From Bacteroidales bacterium (GTDB lineage Bacteria; Bacteroidota; Bacteroidia; Bacteroidales; DTU049): DNA of 64,000 nt. The translations under genes and the position numbers were made by a program. Shown here piece by piece: positions 19,501-27,910 of the stretch. The notes under the pieces were generated by a model. It saw only the letters and a list, made by a program, of their open reading frames with translations, was not told the origin of the DNA and searched no databases. The number at the start of each line of letters is the position of its first letter. The stretch's first letter is position 1. The DNA lies in contig DAOPKE010000001.1 in assembly GCA_035390965.1 (NCBI GenBank), positions 24,656 to 88,655 of the forward strand, written 5' to 3'.

Positions 19501-20808
19501 TTACAGTTTGATGAATTCGACGCGGCGGTTTTTTGATTTGTTTTCCGGGTTGTCATTGGGTCCGATGGGTTGACTTTCGCCCAATCCATCCGTTTCGATG
19601 CGGCTGGCATCGATACCAAAATCGTTGACCAGTTTTGTTTTTACATTGGCAGCGCGTCGTTTTGAAAGGTCAAGATTCATGGCATCATCGCCGTCGCTAT
19701 CGGTGTGTCCAACTATTTTTATCCGTACATCTGGGTTTTCCTTCAGAATATTGGCAATTTCGTTGAGCGATCCCTGTGATTCTGATTTTACAACATCTTT
19801 TCCGCTGTCGAAATAAATACCATAACTGATCAGTTTGCCTTCGGTCAGTAATTTGCTGCGCATATCAGGCGAAGCTGTGGTAATTTTCAGATTGGTAACA
19901 AAGGGGTGGCTGTTGCGATCCCAGCCAAAAAAGCGGAAACGGTTGAATTTCCCTTCAGCATAAATATTGGTTGGAACATCAAGTACTTTGGCACCCTGAT
20001 GATAAATACGAACACGACGTTTCTGAACCCAAATGATAACATGATTTACTTTTTCTTTTACTATTGGATTTTTCGATGCATTTCCTTCAAGCCAATCCTT
20101 CCCACTTTCGCCATAACCTTTAGATTCCCAGCCATCGGGAGCTAATGTGATGCGAAGCCCATATAATCCAGGATACAGGGCGTCCTCAATTTCGCGCACG
20201 TTTTCCGGATCTGTTTGGTATAAGGAAAGAACAATACCTCTGGAGTAATCTGCATCGGGTATGATATCAAACTCAAAAATGTAGTTGTCTGGAAATGCAA
20301 TGTCTTTTGAAAAGCAGTAAGTTGCATCTTCTCCGTTCAAATGAAACCATTTGCCTGGAGCTATATTGACGGTTTTTACTTCTCCACTGCTGTTCGATGT
20401 CCATAATGCAGGAAAGTCGCCGATGGCATCTTGTGAAAAATCCTCGAAGAAAAGAATTTTGTCGCCCGGAATGAAATCGTAAACCGAATAACTTTCCAGT
20501 TTCACATTGTTTTCTCCATTTTCCGAACTTGAGTTTTCCTCAACATTTTCGCTCTCTTCAGTGTTTTCGCCTTCAATGTTTTCTTCAGTTTCTCCATCTT
20601 CGGCATTTTTATCCTTGTCTTTGTTCTTTTTCTTAAAGACCCCATTAATGCCCTCTTCGGTTTTGTCAAAACCTTTGTCAATGGATTCATCTGTTTTTTG
20701 CTCCAGTTTTTCCTGTGCCTTGTTTTTGATTTTGCCTCCAATATCAATCTGAGCAAAAGAAATACTGCTGATCAATAAAGCAGTAAGAAGGATTAAGAAT
20801 TGTTTCAT
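19501..20808 (-). CDS. OmpA-family protein with acidic low-complexity N-terminal region
   Basis: Signal peptide, E/N-rich tract (EDGETEENIEGENTEESENVEEN), and a C-terminal OmpA peptidoglycan-binding domain (IVGHTDSDGDDAMNLDLSKRRAANV...NRRVEFIKL). Confidence 0.85.
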   Translation of the reverse strand: MKQFLILLTALLISSISFAQIDIGGKIKNKAQEKLEQKTDESIDKGFDKTEEGINGVFKKKNKDKDKNAEDGETEENIEGENTEESENVEENSSSENGENNVKLESYSVYDFIPGDKILFFEDFSQDAIGDFPALWTSNSSGEVKTVNIAPGKWFHLNGEDATYCFSKDIAFPDNYIFEFDIIPDADYSRGIVLSLYQTDPENVREIEDALYPGLYGLRITLAPDGWESKGYGESGKDWLEGNASKNPIVKEKVNHVIIWVQKRRVRIYHQGAKVLDVPTNIYAEGKFNRFRFFGWDRNSHPFVTNLKITTASPDMRSKLLTEGKLISYGIYFDSGKDVVKSESQGSLNEIANILKENPDVRIKIVGHTDSDGDDAMNLDLSKRRAANVKTKLVNDFGIDASRIETDGLGESQPIGPNDNPENKSKNRRVEFIKL

Positions 20809-20822
20809 GGTCGTTTTTTTTA

Positions 20823-20830
20823 CAAAAATA
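20823..20830 (-). promoter_or_regulatory. Bacteroidota -7 box (TATTTTTG) for the OmpA-family/lipoprotein unit
   Basis: Matches TAnnTTTG; 14-nt spacer to ATG 20808. Confidence 0.35.
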
Positions 20831-20841
20831 GTTAATTCTTG

Positions 20842-20883
20842 GCGAAAATAATCGTTTTGTTTTAATTTGCCGATTATTTTCGC
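20842..20883. repeat. Perfect 13-bp inverted repeat with 16-nt spacer
   Basis: GCGAAAATAATCG (20842-20854) and CGATTATTTTCGC (20871-20883). The half-site 10-mer GGCGAAAATA recurs at 21043-21052. Confidence 0.7.
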
Positions 20884-21139
20884 GTGCCGCTAATTAAAAA
20901 TCGTGCCAATGTCTATTTTTCTTTTTTTTGACGAACAATGCCCAGGAGTGTAAAATTCGGCATAATTTTGTTAAATAAATCCCTGTGTGTTAAATTTTAA
21001 AATATTGGAAATCAGTAGGTATTGAAAAATAATCAAAAAAATGGCGAAAATATTTAAAAAAAATTAAGAATGATTGACAAATGCAAAATAAAGGTTTAAT
21101 TTTATGCTTTCAAATACGAACAATAAAAACCGGGAAGTC

Positions 21140-22465
21140 ATGAATACAAAGTTTTTAGTATTATTATTGGGAATAGGATTTCTGATGTTTTCCTGCGGCG
21201 ATGACAAGAAAGCCCAGATACGTAAAGTAATGAAACCAGTGGCCAGTGTTGATCTGGGAACCCAGGTTTTTATTATTGATCCTACAAAAGACACATTATT
21301 AAATATGGAAAGCGGAAGTTCCGTTTTTATTCCGGCCAATTCGTTGGTGGGAGCTGATAACAAGCCCGTGAAAGGCAAAGCCGAGCTTAAGTATGAAGAA
21401 TACCTCAATCAGGCCGAGGTTATTCTCAGCGGCATTCCAATGACTTACGACAGCGCGGGCGAAACTCATTATTTCGAGTCGGCGGGCATGTTTACCATTG
21501 ATGCCAACACACCGGCAGGCGAAAAACTGAAAATTGCCGATGGCAAGTCGGTTACTGTTTCGCAGGTGTCGCCATGGGCTGATCTTACTTCGGGTTACAA
21601 CTTTTATCAGTTCGATACCGTTGCCGGCAAATGGCGTTATCTGACAACCCAGATTGCTGAGCCGGCAGCCAGCGAGCCCCCTGTTATCGAAACCGGAAAG
21701 GATGCCGACGTGAAGGTGAAAAAAAGTGTTCGTACTGTCGATGATTTTGTTTTCGATATCAATGTGAATTATACTGTTTATAAAGAGCTTGCCGACATGA
21801 AAGATATCATGTGGAAATATAGCGGCAACAAGGAATATCCCGATCCTGAAAAAGAACAATGGATATTTGATTATAATTGGCCCGAAACACAGATATTGCG
21901 CGATGAGAGCCAGCCCGGGGCTTATGTGATTGTGCTTAAAAGCACGCAGAAGTCTTTCAAAACTTCGGTCGTTCCTGTTCCCCTTGAAGCTATGGAAGAA
22001 GAGGATGTTATTGCCCGTGCCGACAAGAGTATGGAAAAACTGGGAGAACAAACGGCGATGATGGTTGAAAATAGTAATTCTTACCGTCGCACGATGGAAG
22101 TAAGTTCTTTGGGAATCTGCAACTGGGATCTGATTTATAGATTTATTGTTCCCAAAAGACTTAAAATCCGTTTTTTTGCTGATGGTGATATTTTTAAAGA
22201 AGATGTCAGAATTTATCAGGTAAATATTGACCGCAATGTAACGATTGAGTGTTTGCCGGAGAATGCACATTACAATTGCATTTTATCTTCAGGGGAAAAA
22301 ATAATGTATGTAGCTGTCAGCCCCGAAGGTCAGGCATATGTAAATAAAGAAACCGCAATTCTTATGAATGCATCTGAGGACGAAGTAATCGATTTTGATT
22401 TGCATAAGACGGCCAAAACGATTAACTCCAAGAAGGATCTGAATGAATTGATTGCCGGCGTCTGA
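21140..22465 (+). CDS. Hypothetical lipoprotein
   Basis: MNTKFLVLLLGIGFLMFSCGDD lipobox at ATG 21140; the track start is 21104. Natural amino-acid composition and no known motif. Ends 11 nt before the WG-repeat gene. Confidence 0.6.
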   Translation: MNTKFLVLLLGIGFLMFSCGDDKKAQIRKVMKPVASVDLGTQVFIIDPTKDTLLNMESGSSVFIPANSLVGADNKPVKGKAELKYEEYLNQAEVILSGIPMTYDSAGETHYFESAGMFTIDANTPAGEKLKIADGKSVTVSQVSPWADLTSGYNFYQFDTVAGKWRYLTTQIAEPAASEPPVIETGKDADVKVKKSVRTVDDFVFDINVNYTVYKELADMKDIMWKYSGNKEYPDPEKEQWIFDYNWPETQILRDESQPGAYVIVLKSTQKSFKTSVVPVPLEAMEEEDVIARADKSMEKLGEQTAMMVENSNSYRRTMEVSSLGICNWDLIYRFIVPKRLKIRFFADGDIFKEDVRIYQVNIDRNVTIECLPENAHYNCILSSGEKIMYVAVSPEGQAYVNKETAILMNASEDEVIDFDLHKTAKTINSKKDLNELIAGV

Positions 22466-22476
22466 TTCTCATTTAT

Positions 22477-25400
22477 ATGAGATTGCTGCAGGTATTTTTG
22501 TTGATTTTGCTTTTCAATGCCGGATTCTGTCAGGAATCCGGCCCTTTGTTTATTGTCAGGCAAGACCAGCTTTATGGATTGATAGATTCTTCGGGCAGCG
22601 TGGTGCTTGAACCACAGTTTACTGCCATTAGCTATGATCCTCAATTTAGAATTTTTATTGTTACCGGACAGTCGGGCAAGGCAGCTTTTGCATCTTCGCA
22701 AAATGCCTTTATAACCGGTTTTTATGACGAAGTTCAAGCTGTTTCGCTGTACTATTTTATTGTTACAAGGAATGGTCTGTGTGGGGTGGTTGACCGTAGT
22801 GGAAAGATGATTGTTCCGATTCAGTATTCCTCAATCCGCAGATCAGACAGCGACAGGTTTTTTTGTTCTAATAACGCATCAGTTGCTGTTTACAACAACA
22901 ATGGTTCTTTGGTAGTAAACATCCCATCCGAAGAAATTATTGAATATTGCGGGTATTATATTTTTAAAAACAGGGATTATCGTTTTGGGGTTGTTTCTGT
23001 TTCAGGTGAAAAAATGATTGAGGATGTTTATTCGAATTTTCTGACGGGGGATGGTCTTATTGAACTTCGAAGCGAAGACAGCACTGCTATTCTTCATACA
23101 TCTTCGGGTCGGGTGGTACATGGTGCTGCTGGTTGCAGCTTCAGGTTTATTAAGGATGCTTCAAGAAACAACCTTGCAACACCTTTTTATTTGCTTGCCA
23201 ATGGAAGCAGCCGTCAATGGCACTCGGTTTACAGTCATAAAAATCTCGATGTTGATTTGTCTGAGGCAGTTATTTATGCTACAGCTCTTAGTGATTTGTA
23301 TCTCGTAAATACTACATTCGAGTGGTTGATTGACAATAATGGAGTTTCGGTTACAGATGAAAAGTATGAGGATATTTTTTATTTCCGCGATAGTTTATTT
23401 GTCATTGAAAACAATGGATTGCGTGGTTTATTCAAACCTGGAACCGGCGTTATTCTTCAGCCGATATATAAAAGTTTCAGGTCTTTGACGGATACAATAA
23501 CCGGAAATCGCTGGACATTGGCATTATCTAACCCTGATGGATACAGATTTCTTGATCAGAATTTCAGGGAAATAAACGACCAGTTATATTTCGCGGTCAA
23601 TCTTGTTCATGGTAGGGGAATTATTGTCAATATCAGTCTTTCAGAGGTAATTTTGCTTGATACTGATGGCCGACGGGTTGGTAATGCTGTTTATTCTGCC
23701 ATTCAACCATTGTCTGATGGTTTCTGGAAAGTGTATCGAAATGGTTTTTGCGGTGTGATGGATTCTCAGGCAAAACTTTTGACGGAAATATGCTATGATG
23801 ATATTACGATGCATAATTCGCGCCTGAAGTGTGTGAGAGAGGACCGCATTGAATATTATAGATGGAATGGTTCATCGTTTGAGCCCTTGATAAATTTCAG
23901 CAATTTCAGACAGCTTGATGTAACGGGTACACAGTTATTGTCTTTGATTGGAACCCGCAGTTCGCAACTGGCTTTGGTGTGGAGGCGCGATTCGGTTTTG
24001 AAAAAATTCGGGCTGTATGATGTGTTCAATAAGAGGTTTCAGGTGTCTCCGGTGTATGATTATGCAAAAATGGATCAGTTGCGCGACATCTCTTTGACAG
24101 GAATTTTTGGCGACACCAGTTATTTCCGCTTGGGTCCCTTAACTTTTATGGGGAGGATTCGTTTTGGGGTGATTGATCATAAAACAGGGCAGGTAATTGC
24201 TCCGAATGAATTCATGTTTATTTATTTCAATCAGTTTCAGCGGCACTTTTCTGAGAGCAACAGTGATCTGGTAACTCCTTACTATAATTCAGACCGCAAT
24301 TTTGCTGTTGCCATTGATACGGATGGAAACTGGCGTACTATTTCATTTACCGGAACAACATATAATCCGGATGTTCAGTTTATTGATGTCAGTAGTGGGA
24401 CCAGAAAAGTCTGGCGTTTTGATTCTTGCTATGTTTCAAATAAACGCAAAAGAATTACAGATAAAAAAATTTGCAATGTTAATGCTGCCTTTGCTCCTCT
24501 CTTGTCGTTTCTTAAACCTGCCGATGCTTATACAGAGGCAGCAATGAAGGACAAAAGATTATCGGTTTTTGCACCCGATGCAGATTCGCTGGTTTTGCAA
24601 AAAGGCCTTGCCAGTCGTCTTGATGAGGGTCTTGATGATATTCCTCTGGTGTATTTCCGCCCATTGTTTGTTTACAAATATCATTATCCGTCGATTCTGG
24701 AGTATCGTAACCGTTTATTTTGCAATGTACTGATATTTGAAAGCGAGCGTCGTTTCTTTTGCATCGATTCAACTGGTTATGTCATTACAGATACGGCTTA
24801 TTCGCGCATATGGCCGTTTTCGGAGGATTTGGCGATGGTTAAAATGGGTTCGCGATATGGTTTTATTGACCCGCATGGGGCGCTTATTATTGAAAACAAG
24901 TACAGAAAAGCATCTTCTTTTTCTGAAGGAAAAGCAGCAGTTAGCATCAAGGGGGGACGCTATGGCTATATCGGTACCGACGGCGCGTGGATAATCGAAC
25001 CGGCCTACCGCGAGGCATTGGCTTTCAGCGAAGGGCTGGCTCCGGTGAAGCCGGGAAATTTATTTGGTTATGTGGATGAATCAGGAAAGATGATTCTCAA
25101 ACCTGCCTGGTTGCGTGCCAATTCTTTTATCAATGGAACTGCCGTTGTTTTTAATAAAAGGGGATTCGGATTGATTGACAAGTCAGGCAATGAGTTGCTT
25201 AAATGCCGATACAACCGTATAACACCACCTGACACCAATGGCAATCGGATGATTGTTAGGAAGGCGTCGCAACTTGTAAATGCTTCGGGTGATATAATTA
25301 CAAAAAAATCGCGGATTATTTCCGATGCCGGCAATGGTTATTATAGTGTGAAAAAAGTGGTGGGATTCAGTCTTATTCGTTCCGATGGTTCCGAAGTGGC

Positions 25401-26034
25401 GCATTATAATTCCGACAGGCCTTTGCTTGTTGGTGATGAAAAAGTGATAGTAACAAAGAGAAACAGGTTGTATTATTATGATCTTGCTGCAAATCAGCTT
25501 CTGGGGCCTTATTATAAAGCAGCCCCGTTTGTTATGAATCGCGCATTGGTTTCAATCCGCGATGAAACGATGGTTATTGATAGTAGCGGAAAAATACTTA
25601 AAATTCTTTATCGGAAGCGGATGTCTTTTGTAACGTCTTTTGATGAAAACGGGCTTGCTGTCGTTCGCGCAGGCAATACTTTTATGCTGATTGATGAAAC
25701 CGGTGCCGAGTTTTATAATGGCACCATCAAGCCACGCTATGCCGGCAACGGTGTATATATTTTATTTCATGACGGTTATTTTTTGTATAATCACAGAATC
25801 AGGACTTCGTATCCATTCAGTAAATGGAGTCTTATTTCCATGCCAAGCTGCGGAAGGTTTGTTACGGGGGTGAACGGAAAATTCGGGTTTTCGGATGTTT
25901 ATGGTCAGTACCATGTCAGGCCGCAATATACAAGGATTGAAAGAGTCAGTGAAGGTATATACAGGGTGTATTACGGCGATAAAACCGGCTATGTGCGTTA
26001 CGATGGCGAAATAATCTGGGAATTGAGCCGATAG
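22477..26034 (+). CDS. Large secreted WG-repeat (KWG-type) protein
   Basis: Signal peptide, then many units of the type YGFIDPHGALIIENKYRKASSFSEGKAAV / YGYIGTDGAWIIEPAYREALAFSEGLAPV / FGYVDESGKMILKPAW. 1185 aa. Confidence 0.8.
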   Translation: MRLLQVFLLILLFNAGFCQESGPLFIVRQDQLYGLIDSSGSVVLEPQFTAISYDPQFRIFIVTGQSGKAAFASSQNAFITGFYDEVQAVSLYYFIVTRNGLCGVVDRSGKMIVPIQYSSIRRSDSDRFFCSNNASVAVYNNNGSLVVNIPSEEIIEYCGYYIFKNRDYRFGVVSVSGEKMIEDVYSNFLTGDGLIELRSEDSTAILHTSSGRVVHGAAGCSFRFIKDASRNNLATPFYLLANGSSRQWHSVYSHKNLDVDLSEAVIYATALSDLYLVNTTFEWLIDNNGVSVTDEKYEDIFYFRDSLFVIENNGLRGLFKPGTGVILQPIYKSFRSLTDTITGNRWTLALSNPDGYRFLDQNFREINDQLYFAVNLVHGRGIIVNISLSEVILLDTDGRRVGNAVYSAIQPLSDGFWKVYRNGFCGVMDSQAKLLTEICYDDITMHNSRLKCVREDRIEYYRWNGSSFEPLINFSNFRQLDVTGTQLLSLIGTRSSQLALVWRRDSVLKKFGLYDVFNKRFQVSPVYDYAKMDQLRDISLTGIFGDTSYFRLGPLTFMGRIRFGVIDHKTGQVIAPNEFMFIYFNQFQRHFSESNSDLVTPYYNSDRNFAVAIDTDGNWRTISFTGTTYNPDVQFIDVSSGTRKVWRFDSCYVSNKRKRITDKKICNVNAAFAPLLSFLKPADAYTEAAMKDKRLSVFAPDADSLVLQKGLASRLDEGLDDIPLVYFRPLFVYKYHYPSILEYRNRLFCNVLIFESERRFFCIDSTGYVITDTAYSRIWPFSEDLAMVKMGSRYGFIDPHGALIIENKYRKASSFSEGKAAVSIKGGRYGYIGTDGAWIIEPAYREALAFSEGLAPVKPGNLFGYVDESGKMILKPAWLRANSFINGTAVVFNKRGFGLIDKSGNELLKCRYNRITPPDTNGNRMIVRKASQLVNASGDIITKKSRIISDAGNGYYSVKKVVGFSLIRSDGSEVAHYNSDRPLLVGDEKVIVTKRNRLYYYDLAANQLLGPYYKAAPFVMNRALVSIRDETMVIDSSGKILKILYRKRMSFVTSFDENGLAVVRAGNTFMLIDETGAEFYNGTIKPRYAGNGVYILFHDGYFLYNHRIRTSYPFSKWSLISMPSCGRFVTGVNGKFGFSDVYGQYHVRPQYTRIERVSEGIYRVYYGDKTGYVRYDGEIIWELSR

Positions 26035-26081
26035 CAACAAATAAGCACTCGAAGAGTTTCAAACCCATAGAGGTTTAGAGC

Positions 26082-27023
26082 TTAATGCCCATTAGCAACT
26101 TCGCGTGCAAAATCCCATGAAAGATAATTTTCGTAGCTCATGCATACATGCTCGGCAAACTGAATGGCGGTGCGGATAATTTTGTCCCAGTTTTTTTCTG
26201 GCAATGTTTCCAGGTCAGCCGGAGAAATATGAGTGTGGCTCAATGCATAAAGCAGACCGGCATTGAAAGTGTCTCCTGCGCCAATGGTGCTGATAACCGG
26301 AATGTCTTTTACAGGATAGTGCTTTTGAATTTGCGGTGTGCAGAGTGTTACGCCGTGCTTGTTGGCTGTCATTATCAGCACATGGCCGCCTTGTGTCTGA
26401 ACAAAATCATATACGATTTTTGGATCGGATGTGCCAAGAATATTATTGAAATCTTCATCAGAACCTTTGGTAATATGTGCCAGACGCATGTTTTCGCTGA
26501 TCATGGGCATAACCTGATCCTTAATTTTCATGTGATTTTTACGGAAATTCGGATCGTACAATACGATGCTTCCGACATTTCGGCATACATGAAGAAAAGC
26601 GGTAAGGCCTTCGCGGATTTCTTCTTTAATGCCATAAAAACTACCAAACATGACCAGATCGTTTTTATCGGGCTCCGGATAAATCAGTTCGGCTTGTCCT
26701 TCTTTGCGTATTTTGTAAAAAGAATATTCCGCATCGTTGTTGTCGTTTAAAACTGCAATGGCAATGCGAGAAAGACCGTTGTTGTAACTTTTGATGTAGT
26801 CGAGTGAAACCTGATTGCGAACAAGAAATTTTTCAATCAATCTGCCTATGGCATCTTTTGCATAATCGCCAACCAGTACAACGTTTTCGCCAAGACGTCC
26901 CAAGGAAACAGAGGTGTTAAGCATGGCTCCACCGGGGGTCCCTTCAACGGGCTTATCTTCTTTGAATAATATATCGTAAACGGTTTCACCGATGCAAATA
27001 AAACGTTTCTGGGGCAATTTCAT
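26082..27023 (-). CDS. PfkB-family carbohydrate kinase (fructokinase-like)
   Basis: N-terminal GExxxD-type strand (CIGETVYDILF), GG dipeptide, and the C-terminal anion-hole motif TIGAGDTFNAGLLYAL. Confidence 0.85.
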   Translation of the reverse strand: MKLPQKRFICIGETVYDILFKEDKPVEGTPGGAMLNTSVSLGRLGENVVLVGDYAKDAIGRLIEKFLVRNQVSLDYIKSYNNGLSRIAIAVLNDNNDAEYSFYKIRKEGQAELIYPEPDKNDLVMFGSFYGIKEEIREGLTAFLHVCRNVGSIVLYDPNFRKNHMKIKDQVMPMISENMRLAHITKGSDEDFNNILGTSDPKIVYDFVQTQGGHVLIMTANKHGVTLCTPQIQKHYPVKDIPVISTIGAGDTFNAGLLYALSHTHISPADLETLPEKNWDKIIRTAIQFAEHVCMSYENYLSWDFAREVANGH

Positions 27024-27035
27024 ACGGAAAAGATT

Positions 27036-27773
27036 TCAGGAAGGATTTGTACTGTTGTATTTTGCAAAGATTTTTGCAATGTATCCAATAAGCGGAGAAA
27101 TGAAAATGTAAACAATAATCAGTGGCGCTATGGCGGCCAGATCAAGAAAGATGAACAGCGGAACAGCAATCATCAATAAGATGATGCCTAATGCTATGCT
27201 TTTTTGGTCGTGGAGTTTGAGCGATAACAAGGGAAATGGGATCAGCATCAATGCTGCAAATGTAAATGATGCTATGGAGAGCAGAATGATAGCATTGTCA
27301 ATCCCATACAATTCGGCCCAGTAAAGACTGATGCAGGCAAGTGCCATGCCAGCAGCCGGCGAGGGGAGTCCCAGAAAACTTTTTGTTTGTCGTTCGTCGG
27401 TATTAAACCATGCTAGTCGGATTGCGGCAGCAAGAGCAAAGAGCAGCGGAAAAGCAAAAAACATGGTTTGATTGCAAAACAAATCATTGCATGGTTCGCT
27501 GTATTGCTGCATGGTGCGTATGGTAACAACTGCTGGCGCCACGCCGAACGAAACAACATCGCAGAGAGAATCAAATTCTTTTCCGAACGACGATTGTGCA
27601 TTCAGCATTCGTGCAACCATGCCATCCATGAGGTCAAATGCTGCTGCAATCAGAATGCAGTAAAGTGCATATTCAATGTAGTACCATGATCCCAGTGTCG
27701 CAACAATAGCGCAAAGTCCTGCCAGCATGTTGCCTGCTGTGAAAATATTGGGTATGGCTGTTTTGATTTTCAA
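27036..27773 (-). CDS. pssA: CDP-diacylglycerol--serine O-phosphatidyltransferase
   Basis: IPNIFTAGNMLAG plus the CDP-alcohol phosphatidyltransferase motif DLMDGMVAR...G(x3)D(x3)D (FGKEFDSLCD). Multi-TM. TTG start. Confidence 0.85.
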   Translation of the reverse strand: MKIKTAIPNIFTAGNMLAGLCAIVATLGSWYYIEYALYCILIAAAFDLMDGMVARMLNAQSSFGKEFDSLCDVVSFGVAPAVVTIRTMQQYSEPCNDLFCNQTMFFAFPLLFALAAAIRLAWFNTDERQTKSFLGLPSPAAGMALACISLYWAELYGIDNAIILLSIASFTFAALMLIPFPLLSLKLHDQKSIALGIILLMIAVPLFIFLDLAAIAPLIIVYIFISPLIGYIAKIFAKYNSTNPS

Positions 27774-27910
27774 GCAACAAACTTACAATTTTTTTGATTT
27801 TCCGAAACGAATTAAACCGATGGCATATGCAATCGTCTAAAGTTTGTATTTTGGTAAATTTCATGTTTTTGTCGAAAAAATATTGCAGTGTACTTTAAAA
27901 ATCAATTGTT

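Noticed and set aside
21299-22270. 323-aa ORF antisense to the lipoprotein gene 21140-22465
   Set aside because: It has a typical antisense-shadow composition (F/I/R/H/N-rich, no signal or motif). The sense ORF has a clean lipobox, natural composition and tight coupling to the next gene.
26148-26750. 200-aa ORF antisense to the PfkB kinase gene
   Set aside because: No motifs and an antisense-shadow composition. The opposite frame carries clear PfkB signatures.
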